64,000 nucleotides of DNA, from contig NKIB01012722.1 in the NCBI GenBank assembly GCA_002256025.1, positions 1-64,000 of the forward strand, given 5' to 3'. Made by a program: the position numbers and the translations under genes. Shown in pieces: positions 9,279 to 22,374 of the stretch (positions are counted from its first letter, which is position 1; each line of letters opens with the position of its first letter). Origin of the DNA: Asterionella formosa (lineage: Eukaryota). The notes beneath the pieces were generated by a model. That model was not told the DNA's origin and did no database searches. It saw only the letters and a list, made by a program, of their open reading frames with translations.

Positions 9279-11593
9279 ATGACAGACCGCAGAGATCGTC
9301 GAACAACAATGCACACAATACCTAATTCGGCTTTGACAACCAGAGCTGTTGTTTTGTTCCTCGGGACAGCGACTGTCGCATTGCTCGTCGTTGTAACATG
9401 GAGCGGACAAAGTAATGAAGCTGTATCAGGAATTCGAGGTCTAAGAACCAAAGTATTCACCGCTGATATTGATACAGCCGTGGCCCGAAAGACACGACGA
9501 GACTTGGCAAACCGTAAAGACTTGGTGGAGCATGTTACATTAAATCCGGAAAGACAAGAAGAATTTTTGAAACAGAGTCAGTGTAGAATTGGGGCCTTGC
9601 AAAGATACAGAGATTTCATGGGTGCTAACCAAGCTCATTTGGCACAAGAGCTGTGGAAATACTGTGCACTATATCAATATGGAGGGATTTATCTGGACGC
9701 AGAGAGTCCCTTGTTGTTGGCTGTTGAAGACCTTGTCTACCACCACGGGAGCCAGAATTTAGCTGTCTTGTCGTCGGGGGAATATTTTCCAAATTCAATT
9801 CATGGGTCTCTACTTTCCTTGAAGGCACCACAATCCACGATTGCCAAGGAAATGGTTTCTGTGTTAGTAGAAACACCGATTGAAACCTTATCCACTTCTG
9901 CACTGTTGATACCCAACAAGCTGCACCGTTTGATTTCGGACGATAAAAGTGTTTGGCATTTACTTGAAACGTGGTGCAGCGTCGATCCCTTGCGAAAGGG
10001 AAAGAACTCTCACTCTCATTTGGATCTAGGCAGTAGTCGTTTGTCACATCATTGCCCTGCTGAAACAGGATACTGCTGTCAAGTTTTCGATCCCCAATCC
10101 TATGCCGTTATTCTTATGACGAAACATCCCTTGTTACCTTATCAAATTTTGCCTTCGTTACTTCATCTTCCAGAGCCTTATAACGCAAGAGGTGTTCACA
10201 ATCCAGAGGAACTCCCTTTCATAGCAACCGTTCGTGAAACGTTGTACACACGTCCCGAGGAAGGTCTTATCACTCCAAATTTTTTTGAAACTCTTATGAA
10301 GAATAATTGTCTTCCATCGGACCTCCTTTGCGCTACATGTCTTCGAAACAAAGAGGGAGCGGATTGTAATAAATGCCTCAAGGCTTGCCCTTGCTATTGC
10401 AAGACGTTGTGTCATGTCTCAGTCGAACAAAAGTTTGTGTCCAAGCAGTTGACAGTGTCGCCTCCCCTATTTGCACGAGATCCATCTCGCCTGATCCCTC
10501 GTATCATTCACCAAACGTGGTTTGAAGATGTGACGAAAGAAAAATACCCAAACATGAGTCGTCTCATTGAATCCTTCAAGCAATCTGGGTGGGAATATAA
10601 ATTTTATACGGATGAGGTTGCTGGAGAATTTCTTTCAACTCATTTTCCTCCTGAGGTGCGACAAGCCTACAATGCATTGCGACCGGGAGCCTTCAAGGCT
10701 GATCTCTTTCGATACTGCGCCTTGCTGATTTATGGAGGTGTTTACTCGGATATGGATGTCATGTTGGAGTCGAACCTAGATGCCGCAGTTGGTCCAGACG
10801 TTGGTTTCATGGTTCCTATCGATGAACCCGGCAAACCTGTGGGGCATCGTATGTGCTTGTGGAACGGTCTTATTGCTGCAGCACCAGGTCATCCCTTTCT
10901 TGCCAAGGTTATTGAGACGGTGGTCAACAATATACGTAACCGATTCACTTCAGTCGACATTGACGCTATGTTCTGTCCAAATCCAGAGTTGTCCGTCTTG
11001 CACGCGTTCGACACTCTTTTCACTGCTGGACCCTGCATATTGGGATCCACAGTCAACAAGGTCTTAGGGCGCCATGGACAAACTCAGTTTGAATCTGGTG
11101 AGATTCATCCTTGGTCGGAAGCTAGCAGGCAAGGTGCTTTCCAAAGTACCAGATTTGTGTCGGGGATGGATGATACTAAAGATCAAAGAATTCCTGGCCG
11201 GACAATTATTCTGCACCAAGACAAATGGGATGTAAGTCAATATTGTACCCGCCTGGATGGAATGCAGTTGTTTGTTTCTAATTCTATCCTTTTCAGATGG
11301 GGGCCCACCGTTTCACTAATTTGGAACAGAACTTAGTGGTTGCTGCTACGGACATGCCTGACTACGATGATAGAGAAAAACTGGAGGATATGGAGCACTA
11401 CAGCAAGACACATGTAAAGACGGGAATCTACGGCTTGGAGAAACTCTACACTGATAAAAACACCGCTAATGAAGATATCCACATCGTCGTCGCTGCCACC
11501 AGCAATCGGCCCAAAGCAGTTGCTGCAGCAAGTATGCTGCAATCAGAATCAATAGTTCACAAAACAATGATGCAAAACGCAAACACCAGCTGA
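9279..11593 (+). CDS. Type II membrane glycosyltransferase with two GT32/DxD sugar-binding domains; intron at 11232-11296
   Basis: N-terminal TM helix. Motifs YCALYQYGGIYLD and IPRIIHQTW...KADLFRYCALLIYGGVYSDMD...AAPGHPFL. A GTAAGT..TTTCAG intron joins it to ORF 11297. Confidence 0.85.
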
Positions 11594-11769
11594 AGAATTT
11601 TATAAACAAATAAATATCACTTAATTGTATGTCTCTAATGCCTCTAACAATTAAGGATAGGCTGTACGGACTCAGCAATTCACCATTAATGCGTCACGAG
11701 CGATGCATGACTGCATTTTTTAAGTGTCTACTCGCTGTTTTGTGTGCGTTGTCGTCCTATATATAGTTT

Positions 11770-13878
11770 TCACATAATCGAGCATGGTTCCCCTGGTGCT
11801 CTTTGTGGTGGTGTATGGTTGTCGAGGTAATCCAAATGTGGTACCTCTATTTCTTCATTTTCAAAAGCTGGTCTGCTGGATGACCGCATTTGCACAATAG
11901 ACTCTCCATTGACAGCGAAGCTCGTGGGGAGTTCTGATTTCATTATGCCACTATTGCCAAAGGTCGCGACAAGCCATTTTCCCGAAAGAGCTAAACATTC
12001 TGGCCCACCAGAATCGTCCCCGAACCAATCACTATTCTCGTTGTCGTCTGAAGTTTCGTTTGAATCGGCACCACATTCTGTTGCCTTTCGTTTCTTGACT
12101 TTGGTCCTGCATTTTAATGGAAATGATATAATGCCAGCAGCCATAGATCTTGCTTTGAGAGCTTGCAAGCGCATGTCAGATTCGTTCAATTTTTCAGCGG
12201 AAAAAGCCTTGTTCATTACTCGATTTAGATTAGGATTGGACGAAGCAGTGTCAATTAAGAAAAGGTAGACGTCAGTTGAGCTTTCGTTGGCAATTGCAGC
12301 TAAATTCCCACTACCAGCCATGCAACCGAGAAAGGAGGACTCCTCGTTGAATCTTTGGCCAAGATTTGCAAAGCCGCAAGTGCTCAGCCTTGGACTGCTA
12401 TCTGCATCCACAACATCAATGGGCACAATTACATCGCCAAATTCGCAACCAAGCAAACAGTTGTTCCCATAAACGGCGATTCCACCTTTAACGCAGCTGA
12501 ATGGTGGATAATTGCACCTTCCTTGGGAGGGGTAGAAATCAATACGATGAAGTGGGATCCCTCGGTGCTTCAAATCCCACAGGATAGCACTTTCTGGGAA
12601 CATAGTTCTTGGGCATTCCGAAACACTTACGACATACTTTTGCGTTACCACTGCAAGTGATCGAATAGAACCTTGGTGGCCTCGCCATGTTTCCAGCAGT
12701 TGCCTGGTGGTGATATCGATTGGTAAAATGTTACCTTCCGCAATATCTTGTGCATACTCAAGGTCGTAGTCTTCGAAGTTCGTTTCGTAGTTGTCGACGA
12801 GGGCTGAAGCTTCTAGTCCCACAAACAAAGTTTCTTTCCAGTTGTTACCTTCTGCACAGAGGCCATAAGTGATGCAACTTATAAGTGGATGAGAATCATC
12901 CTCGCCAAGCTTGCAAGACAAGATGTGCGATAGGGTGCCATCCGCGTTCACGACTTTGATTTTTGCTGGTTTACGCTCCTTCCATGTGTCGTCTTCGATA
13001 TAATGAGACCAAGTGTATAGTGTGTGCAAGCCTCCTTCTCCTTCATGTATTGTGATGCCTCTTATCCCAGTGACCATTTCCGTAAATTTCGGTTCCGTTG
13101 GGGTCCAATCTCGGAAAACTTTGACTCGCCAAAGAACTGAGTTTGTTTCTAAATCCCACTTCCTAAGGGAAGAATCGTGGTGTCCAGTGTACAAAATGCT
13201 TCCAGTCAAAGCAACCGCTGTAACTCTTGGTAGGTCATTTGGAGGTGACACCATAATAGCTTCTTCAGATATCCGCAACGCAGGAGCCTTGGGTGGTAGT
13301 GCATCTGACTGACCAATGCCGGAATCATAGAGTCGAAGGGCACTTTTGGTATCGATGGTTGTCACAGATAGCACAGATAGAAAAATATTCGTTGTGGCGC
13401 TCACACCTACATCGTAGGCAAAGTGAATTATACTACCAATCTGCAACGCCTTCAACTCACCCACTTTGGTATTAACTTTCACAGCGATAGCCCCATCTTT
13501 TTCTTCACATTTACGATACTCAAGAGACGCTTCCTCATTTGGACCGATACATTTTTCTTGTTGAGGGCTGCTCTCATCTTGGGTAAGCTGCTGTATCAGC
13601 CTCTCAGCGGGCGAGTTACTTAGAAGTTTTGTCCCAGCTGGGTAAAAAGTGAGCACCCACACGTGGTCCCTTACCCCATAGTCAGACTCGCGACGCTGCT
13701 TGACAAGTCCATTACAAAGGACATTGGTTAATTCAAAGAGAGTATCGCTGTCGGTCACTTCCACGCGAACATCGTAAGCGGCATGTTTCGTGTGTTCCGT
13801 GTCGATGCAACATTCAGTCCTTGCCTTTGAAAGTCCCAGAGTCCAAAGGCGACCAGGTTCCGGTTGCAACTGAGACAT
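11770..13878 (-). CDS. WD40-repeat-containing protein of unknown function
   Basis: Long single ORF with WD-like segments LYTGHHDSSLRKWDL and WRGHQGSIRSL...AILWDL. Confidence 0.7.
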   Translation of the reverse strand: MSQLQPEPGRLWTLGLSKARTECCIDTEHTKHAAYDVRVEVTDSDTLFELTNVLCNGLVKQRRESDYGVRDHVWVLTFYPAGTKLLSNSPAERLIQQLTQDESSPQQEKCIGPNEEASLEYRKCEEKDGAIAVKVNTKVGELKALQIGSIIHFAYDVGVSATTNIFLSVLSVTTIDTKSALRLYDSGIGQSDALPPKAPALRISEEAIMVSPPNDLPRVTAVALTGSILYTGHHDSSLRKWDLETNSVLWRVKVFRDWTPTEPKFTEMVTGIRGITIHEGEGGLHTLYTWSHYIEDDTWKERKPAKIKVVNADGTLSHILSCKLGEDDSHPLISCITYGLCAEGNNWKETLFVGLEASALVDNYETNFEDYDLEYAQDIAEGNILPIDITTRQLLETWRGHQGSIRSLAVVTQKYVVSVSECPRTMFPESAILWDLKHRGIPLHRIDFYPSQGRCNYPPFSCVKGGIAVYGNNCLLGCEFGDVIVPIDVVDADSSPRLSTCGFANLGQRFNEESSFLGCMAGSGNLAAIANESSTDVYLFLIDTASSNPNLNRVMNKAFSAEKLNESDMRLQALKARSMAAGIISFPLKCRTKVKKRKATECGADSNETSDDNENSDWFGDDSGGPECLALSGKWLVATFGNSGIMKSELPTSFAVNGESIVQMRSSSRPAFENEEIEVPHLDYLDNHTPPQRAPGEPCSIM

Positions 13879-14508
13879 AGCGGAACTCAAAATTAGAAAA
13901 GTGTTGATAGCTCAGGGGTGTACCTTACTCTACTTCTACATATGAAATGGTCCAGCTGATGCACCAGTAGTGTATTACTGTTATAGAAGATGTCGGTTTG
14001 TACATACATTTTTATCCTGCATTGTGACTCACAAATACGTTTTTGCCACCGCATATATTGTGAGGAATGAATGACGGTGCCACGTGAGCACAAGGATGTG
14101 AACACACCAAATTCTGATGCTTACTACATATAATATAATACAACAATCACCAGACACCTTTAATCATCTGCTGGTTGATGAATGGATCATCCCATTTTTT
14201 CTTGAATGGTTGCCTGGTCATTCAACCAAACAACAGACAATACTGATCAGGCAGCACACAAGCAAGCTCTCCAGTGGTACAGTGCAGCTCCAAGCAACCC
14301 CCAGTGCATTCCTTGACACAATCGCAGGACCCTCTTCTCTTTCCATAAACACCCATCCTTAACCCACACTCAAAATTCGCAATTCAGCAAATGTAGGGTT
14401 AACGATTCTCTGGTTCCCTAGTAAACAGCCATTATCACCGACACACTTCAGTGACATGAAAATGTGTGACTACTACTACCAGTGGTAGTCTAGGTGGTGA
14501 TGAGGGTG

Positions 14509-15182
14509 TCTGCAAATAAAAATTATCATGCACATAGGATCAAGGGTATCATACACTAAGTGGCACAGGATTTTCATGTATATGATAATTTTTGGATCAA
14601 AACTATGATCAAGGTATCCTATAACTATGATGATTTATTTATATTTTACCAACCTTGAAGTATAATGAAAATAAGAACATTATCATCACACAATGTATAT
14701 CAACTGATCAACAACATTTCTCATCAATATCATAAATCTTCTCATATTATTTTCACTTCTCATGATCACCAAATGTAAATTATTACTACAATGCATCCTA
14801 AAATCAGCTCAACTCTATGCTATCATGTGAATTGTTTCATCTTAAATCTTTCTTAAACATGATCATAATTCTAATAACAAGCATTGTTCCAAAAGGATTG
14901 GAATGGATCGTATTTTAATTATCAAATTTAGCAATGATATTTCTGTTTCGACAGTTACCCAAGGAATGTTTCTCTCCTCTCCACTCGTCTCAATGTACTA
15001 TATTGTTCCTGTCTCGCCCTTTTCTTCCTCTATTCTGAATCTTGTGCCAAGCAGTGCCTTACTAATGTTGCATCTCTTTCCCTGCTGTTAGTGTCATTCT
15101 GAACTTGCCGACTATTCCGTTTGATCGGTTTTATTGTCCTCTGCAGTTACAGTAACAATGAGAAGGAACGACTTGTTAGCTA
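14509..15182. repeat. Dispersed AT-rich repeat, copy B (empty site for the SINE at 6803)
   Basis: Reads CAAGGGTATCATACACTAAGTGGCACAGGA without interruption at the position where copy A carries the SINE and its TSD. Confidence 0.7.
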
Positions 15183-15214
15183 GACATGTTACACTGACAC
15201 AACATCACGCCATT

Positions 15215-15990
15215 CCATATGCACTTGTCGATTTCCTTGTATCTGGATTGTCCCCAAATGAGCTGTCTACCACGTCTTGAACTCATAATTCATGTGGTGG
15301 TCTCATTTTTAATTTTCTGTTCCTTTCATCATTTGCAATGAAACCTAACAAACGTTCAACAGCACTCCAATGGGCATCACCTGGATTCTCTAAATGTTGA
15401 GAAAGTTGGTCCAACTTTCTTCACAAAATACAACAATTTTCCAACCATTGAATGATATTCTTTATGGAGAATCACTTTGTCTGGATTCGTTCTGAGAACC
15501 ATTCCTGGAAATGCTGGGGTTGATGCATCTCTTGGATACTTTCCAAAAATATCATGATAATCTTGGAGCATAACATGCACAAAATCCTCCATGCTCGACT
15601 CCAAGTAGCGTCCCACTTTATCTTGGCCCCAATTGTACCACACTCCCAAATGCTTCTTCAAAGGGCCAAGCTCCTTAATTGTGAAGTGTTTCTTGATTTC
15701 ATTTTTGAACCATTTTATATCATTTGGCTTTCCAGCAATTGCACAATCATTGACATTTGTGGCAATTATTAGGATTAGTGCATTGTTTTCCTTGATGAAG
15801 AATACACATGGATCGACCTCGCTTTGCCTCAATCCAACTTTGGTTAAGTTTTGAACCATCTTCTTGAAGAATTGTAGCGCTGCTTGAACTGTACCATACA
15901 TGGCCTTCTCCAACTTAATGCATTTGTTTTTCATTGTTTCTTGTGTTTCGAAACCAAAGTCTAAAACCCCATCCTCCTCCTCCAACCTAT
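15215..15990 (-). mobile_element. Ty1/Copia reverse transcriptase to RNase H remnant
   Basis: KLEKAMYGTVQAA, DPCVF, degenerate YVDD (TNVND), KELGPLKKHLG and SMVGKLLY. After a frameshift: HWSAVERLLGFI...VDSSFGDNPDTRKSTSAY. Confidence 0.9.
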
Positions 15991-16892
15991 TCCTCCTATC
16001 ATCACCCACCCTCTTACTAGGCAACACCAAGCCACAATCCTCATCAGCCTGAATATATGTTGAGCCATCCTCCTCCTCCTGCCAGATACTACCAGCACCA
16101 CCAATCAGCACCAGCACCAAGCATATACTATCAAGCCATTGCTCCACAGCAACCTCTACCACAAGTCATCATCACTCCAGCACCCACTCCTTGCAAAACT
16201 ATTTATGCATCAGTTGCCAACTCCTCCAGGCCCAATTTGAACATTCTTACTGACATTTCGATTCGACAACAACAAAAAATGTGAGTTGACAAGAATTCTT
16301 AATGAACATGCCTTGACAATTTTTCGCATGATTTTTCTGCTGACCCATTATCTTTTTCAATATTTATTCTTCTCCCTCTCCTTCATTGTCACGTCTTACC
16401 TGTCGTTTTCCGGTTCATACTTTGGTTGCTGAAAAACAATACATCGAATTTTTCGACATTTGTTACAATCATTTTTGTGTGACTTTTCATGCATATTCCT
16501 TCATTTTTGGTGCTGCATGCATTTTCGATGTGGCATCGATTTTTGACTCTGATTCAATACATTCAACCCCATTCAAATTTCAAACGTTCCTATGAAAATT
16601 CTACTCCTGACTTGTTTTTAACCATCCCTGGTCAAACCTAAAATTGGACTGCCGAAAAATCCAATGTGCCCCATATTGCCCCTATATGAAAAAATTACTC
16701 AGAGATACCAAAAACTACTTAGACACACACAGTTCTCATCGAAAAGCCAAGACGATAGCTAGGGTGGGTAGATCCAGTATTCCCTGTATAGTGTTTGTGT
16801 TCGACCATACTGTACATAGTTTAAAATCACTGCAGAGCTCATGATCACATCCTAAGGTTAGAGCGATATCATGATTTCAATCTTATAGTGCC

Positions 16893-17603
16893 TTAACGCA
16901 TTCGTTTCAATTGAACCTCGAGGTAAATATACTCGCCTGGTACATCCTTTCGGACAGTTTGAACTCGTCTCATTTGTTGACGTGGACCAAACCCAGTGGG
17001 CAATGGTCCTGGCATACCGTCATCCAGACCTTGCACATAAGCCAAACTCGGTGGTATCAATAATCGTCGCACTCCGCCTACTTTCATACCCTGTACGCCT
17101 TCATTGACTCCAGCAATTGCCTTTCCATCACCAACAATAAATATGAAGGGTACGCTATCATTGACTTCACTGCTGTCCACAAAGTACCCGTTCGACTTGC
17201 GCAACACCCATTGAAGGTTAACACGAGAGCCCGTGGTCACCGTTTCTCCAGTACCTTCTCTTAAATCAGCATAAACAACGCCTGAAGCAAGCTTTTTGTA
17301 GGCCTCTTTTGGAACAGGACCATCTGAATCCAAGCCGGCCAACGCAGACGTCCCTTGACGGTAATCTTCGCTGAGCTGTTTTTTGGGAGGAGCATATCCT
17401 TCCACTTTGGCATTGGATACAAAAGGTTGAATGGTGAATCCAGCAATTCCAAAGGTTGCAGCAACGAATGATCTCCTTGCCGTGGCCACGCCCGGTGATG
17501 CTTGAAGTTTCGAAATGGCATTTCTCGATGATGCACCTTGTGACAAGGCTGATGTTACCAACACAACAGATGACAAGACAATCAAACTTGAAATGCACTT
17601 CAT
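16893..17603 (-). CDS. FKBP-type peptidyl-prolyl isomerase, probably plastid or thylakoid-lumen
   Basis: Signal peptide and an RR/hydrophobic transit segment. FKBP motifs DLREGTG, PFIFIVGDG, GMKVGGVRRLLIPPSLAY and LEVQL. Confidence 0.9.
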   Translation of the reverse strand: MKCISSLIVLSSVVLVTSALSQGASSRNAISKLQASPGVATARRSFVAATFGIAGFTIQPFVSNAKVEGYAPPKKQLSEDYRQGTSALAGLDSDGPVPKEAYKKLASGVVYADLREGTGETVTTGSRVNLQWVLRKSNGYFVDSSEVNDSVPFIFIVGDGKAIAGVNEGVQGMKVGGVRRLLIPPSLAYVQGLDDGMPGPLPTGFGPRQQMRRVQTVRKDVPGEYIYLEVQLKRMR

Positions 17604-19129
17604 TTTAGACTATGCGGCTACCGTGATTCTACAGAATTCCAACTTGCTTCTCTTTGATGATTGTTTTTCGTCTTGCTCTTTGCATTTTTGATTTGTTTAT
17701 TTTCCTTCACGCTAATTGCTCTATACGGCCATGAACTACCAGGTACTGTGCCGGTACAGATAAGCGTTTGCTGGTAGTTGAATAGTATATTCATCACGAT
17801 CACATCTGCAGCGACAAACGCACTTGCAAATGGATAACCACAACGCGACCAACGATGAGCCGAGCGTGAGTGAGGGTGCGTCGCTCATTACGCGTACCAG
17901 GGTATACAGTTATGTTATGTGCACGTGTCGTACTAATTTTGACCCGGTGATTCTTCTGTATACGTGGGTGGGCGCGTGTCTCAATCATAGCTGTAGCTTT
18001 TATGTATGGTGCTGTACTGCGGCTTTTATTGGTTGAAAAATCAACCCTGATTTGTCCTAGAATGATTGGTGGTATAAACAACGTAGCATAAACAGTACAC
18101 ATTTTAATTTCCTTTCACTAGTACTAGCAGTACAGGTTCTCTATAAACTAGGTCCTAAAGTCTTGGTAGACAAGTCAAATGTACTAAATGGCAACAATGG
18201 TTTGCTTGTTCCTAACTCGCTTCATTGTATGCATATTAACTAGAAACCAATCTACTCTATGGATTCAGCTCTACTTATTTCAGATCTAGTTCAATCTTGG
18301 ACATTGCCTAGCTAGCTAAACTTTAATTTACCTAGAAAACCAAGTAATGCTCCTTAAGTCTCTATTTCCAGCCAATTTTTTGGGTGGCTTCTACACTTTG
18401 CCAGACTTTCGGCTGTCTTCCACATTCCCATGATTGCAGCTGCTGTTTATACCTGATTATACAGGCATATTTGTCGACAAGACAATAAAATTGATGCAGT
18501 GGATTATTGAAGCACAAATCCATCAGCAGAAAGTTCTCCAAAAGGCAAAGGGCAACATGCAAACTGCGCAGCATAACTCTCTATAAATCATGGCCCAACT
18601 TTTGCTGCATTGCCAAGAGTGGTCATGAATCTTCACTCAAAAGGAATTGTGAGCGCATCGAAAAAATCATCACTCTCATTGGAGTCAATTTGAACCTTCC
18701 TTGAAAAACCTGAAGTGAAGTCTTATGCAACTATTCGAGCTCATTTCAAGTTGCCCACCATGCGCCTGTGGGTTGGCAAGAGCATACATATCAACAAGGG
18801 AACCATGGCCAGATCGGTATACATTCATCCTAGTATGATGGCGAGAAATTGATGATTCCAGTTTTAGGTATATAAATATATCCATTTTGTATGTACCTGC
18901 ATGTACGCACAATTATTTGGGTCTATCAATATTTTTCTGGACCATACCAGCACTGTGTAGTAGAGTCTACGGAATACCAGGCTTTGACTAGTAAACCAGC
19001 TGTGCTCCGGAGTACTCCGTAACTACTATGATCATGGTACCAGTGTAAAATCATGTACAGACTAAATTTATACAATAGTTAGTAATTACCGGTATTTCAA
19101 ATGATCCCAACGACTTTTAAATTGTATTG

Positions 19130-19375
19130 TAGCCTAGAATAGGTGGTTTTGATCACTTTGGCCAGAAAAGCCCAATTTTGGAGACTTGAACAAGGAAAAT
19201 GGCACGCATTTCCTGAAATTTGCTGACATTTCTTTACGCATTTCCTTATGTTTCCTTCCGTTTCCTGAAATTTCCTGAAATTCAATGGAATTTCCATACT
19301 GGTAAGAATTTCCTGAAAGTATTAATCTTTTCCTGAAAGTCTTAGTCATATGCTGTTCTCCCGTTTTCGCCACTG
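19130..19375 (+). repeat. Partial copy of the foldback/MITE family at 29505-30075
   Basis: Shares CACTTTGGCCAGAAAAGCCCAATTTTGGAGACTT, AAATTTGCTGACATTTC and AGTCATATGCTGT with 29800-29960. Confidence 0.8.
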
Positions 19376-19411
19376 TAGATGGGTACAACTTGTTGTTTTT
19401 TGGTGCACATC

Positions 19412-19645
19412 CCAAAAAGCTATGAGTTTAGTTTTAGAGGGCCTTGATGAAAATAATGATAACAAGCAAACAATACTTGGCCAGTGTTCTTCCCTTGTTG
19501 AATAGGAGTGCAAAAAGGCAATGTAGTTTTCTTGTGCCAAATTGACTTTCCACTTGGAATAATATTACCCACAGCGGAAATCCAACAAGCTATGTGTCTG
19601 TCAACAAACTGGTCATCAACAAGGCCATAAAAGAAAAAGCTTACC
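19412..19645 (+). pseudogene. Decayed fragment of the Crypton tyrosine-recombinase gene
   Basis: Collinear with the reverse complement of about 545-815: AAAAGCTA.GAGTTTAGT, TCTTCCCT, AAAAAGGCA.TGT, GCCAAAT.GACT.TCCACTTGGAAT, AATCCAACAAG and CTGTCAA. It has indels and stops. Confidence 0.8.
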
Positions 19646-20027
19646 AAATTTGGTCAACATAAAAACACCTAATTTTTGGGTTATGGGTACAACTTGTTGT
19701 TTTGTACCGTAGGCTAATACGAATGATGTCGTCATATTTTTTCATCATCAGAGCCCGCTCAGCACCTCAATACGACTGTCAAATTATTTCCTGTGCTCGT
19801 AATGAAGTGTCATTTTCGAATGTCTGTATCATATATACATGCAAAATACATAGCAAACAACAACTGGTGCTTCCTTGCCGCTTGCTTCTTTTATTCTGCA
19901 TTATTACCCGGTTTTTCTTGACATTGCTAGTACTCGAAAGAAGTATTTCATCTGTCAGCCAATCCTACCACCAGTGTACCCAGTTCTATTCTCCTAGCAC
20001 CATTGTTCGCCGAGAGAAGTGACCATC

Positions 20028-21966
20028 ATGGACGAAGACTTGGAGAGCGCTGGGCCGCGAGTAGCAGTAGCCAACAACAGTCGCGTCGATCGAGACAAGC
20101 AATCCATGACGTGGTCGAGAGTCTCGCTGAGTCCCATGAGTAGTGTGCCGCCTCCGCGCTCAGGCGCTGCCTCTGTTGTTGTCAAAGGACGTTTGTACAT
20201 GTTTGGAGTAAGTTGAGCTAGGTTCGGCGTTCGATTCATCTGACAGCTCGGTGTGATTTCAGAAGTGTGACAATAGATATGGCTAATCTCCCTCCCCATG
20301 GACAGGGATACGGCGGAGGAACTGGGCGCCTCGACGACTTTTATTCCTTCTCGTTTGATACTGGCACTTGGTAAGTTCATCAGACACACAAACGGACCCG
20401 GGCATGGACAAACTATGCTCTCACCGCGCCATCCACCGGCCACCGGCCACTGCCCACTGCCCACTTGCGCGTAGGGAAGAAGTCAAGGTCTTGAGCAACG
20501 AAAAACCTGGCTGTCGGGAAAACAATGGAGTCGTTATTGGCGACTCCTCTAGAGTGTACCTCTTTGGGGGATATAACGGAACTAGCTGGTTGAATGATTT
20601 GTGGAGCTTTGATATTGATTCACAAAGATGGACCTGCGTCCAGGAATCAAGTGATCCCAGACCACCAGATGATGGAAATGGCGCCCTGGGAGATGCGCCT
20701 CCTAGATTCGGAAACATCGTCAACGTGAGAGGGCGGGTTCCTTCTCGCAGATTTGGTTATGTGTCGGTCGTGCACAACAATAAGTTTGTGCTATTTGGAG
20801 GGTTTGATGGATCACGTTGGTTGAATGACATGTTTGAGTTTGATTTCAATACGCGCACTTGGCGAGAAATTGAATCCAGAGGGACTTTGCCGAGTGTGAG
20901 GTCGTGTCCAGCATGGGCAAAAGACGATACTCACGTTTACATTCAAGGTGGATACGACGGAGTAGAGCGCAAATCGGATTTCTTTGCTTGTGATTTGGCG
21001 ACGTACACGTGGACTGAAATGCCTTGTCTGGGAACGCCTCCGTCGCCAAGATACTTTCATTCATGTTGCTTGTATGGAAATAAAATGTATTTGTATGGCG
21101 GATACTCGGGCAATGAAAGACTGGCAGACATGTACGCCTATGATTTCGAAACAAATATTTGGAAAGCAGTAGATTGCACCAGTGGTGATGCTCCAAGTGG
21201 AAGATCGTCGCTAATTGCACAGGTATATGAGAATTGCCTTTATGTCTTTGGGGGTTACAATGGCGTCACCGTCTTGAATGATTTCTACAAATTCCGGTTG
21301 AAGCCGGTCTCTGTGCCACCTCCTGCTTTGGTGAGTGATTTATATCGATTAATCAATCATCCAGAGTTTTCGGATGTTACGTTTTTGGTAGAAGGGCACG
21401 AAGTACATGCCAATTGTGCGATCCTGGCTGTTCGAAGTGAATACTTCAAAGTTATGCTGTATAATGGAGGAATGCGAGAGTCACTGCAACTATCATCCCC
21501 GGGTGCTGAAGATGTTGACAAGCGAATTGAAATCAAGGATGTCTCCCACAGTGTATTTCTCAAAGTCTTAGAGTATCTCTACACTGACACAGTGCAAGAC
21601 ATTTCATTAGAGGCTGGTATTCATCTGCTTATTGTTAGTGAGCTATTTATGCTGGATCGCTTAAAAGCCCTTTGTGAGGATATTATAAGAAGGGACGTCA
21701 ATGTCGACAATGCGATCGGAATTTTAGTGGCCAGTCACCGACACAATGCATCTGGACTCAAAGACATTGCATTGGAGTTCATCATGCAAAACCTGAATGA
21801 GCCCAGCATTATGATTGGACTCTCTGACTTGAAGGGTGAACCTGATTTACTTGTCGAGATTATCAAGCGAAATTCAACAACAGTACAAGCGTCGCCAACC
21901 TCACGCGAGCTAGTTCACCCTCCCGGTCCTTTTGGCAACGGATCGGAGTGGGGTGCTCGGCGTTAG
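20028..21966 (+). CDS. Kelch-repeat plus BTB/POZ(-BACK) protein (LZTR1-like Cullin-3 adaptor); two short 5' introns
   Basis: Repeated LFGGY/GG Kelch motifs and the BTB segment FSDVTFLVEGHEVHANCAILAVRSEYFK. GTAAGT introns start at about 20208 and 20370. Confidence 0.9.
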
Positions 21967-22374
21967 ATAGGAGCACGCTCCTTGAAATTACGGTGTAAAT
22001 CGATTATATTTCATTTTTGAGCTGAATGATCGTTGGCATAGTTCAAGGGAAGTCTCTTCTAGTAGCCAAACTATACAGCGTTTTGGTATAGTTGTAACGA
22101 GTGTACTAGGGCAGAATTAACTAACTAAGGGGTTATCAAGGCATGTATGCGTGACATTGAGTTCAACAACTATGATTCGTTCTCACCGATGGCCCTTCTG
22201 CCCTCGGCAGTGGCTCCTTTCCTAGGTATTTGCCTTGCGTCTGCAGAAATTATCAAAATGACATCAACAACTCATCCATGCAGTTACCCATTTCGGTCCG
22301 ATAATGAGGTGGATGCAGGGACTCTACTTTGATAACTTGTAGCCCTAATTGCTTACCTACATGATCGGCAAATT

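Noticed and set aside
15377..16162. 261-aa ORF as a single real gene
   Set aside because: It is a chimera: the Copia RT remnant is fused to unrelated low-complexity sequence above about 15990.
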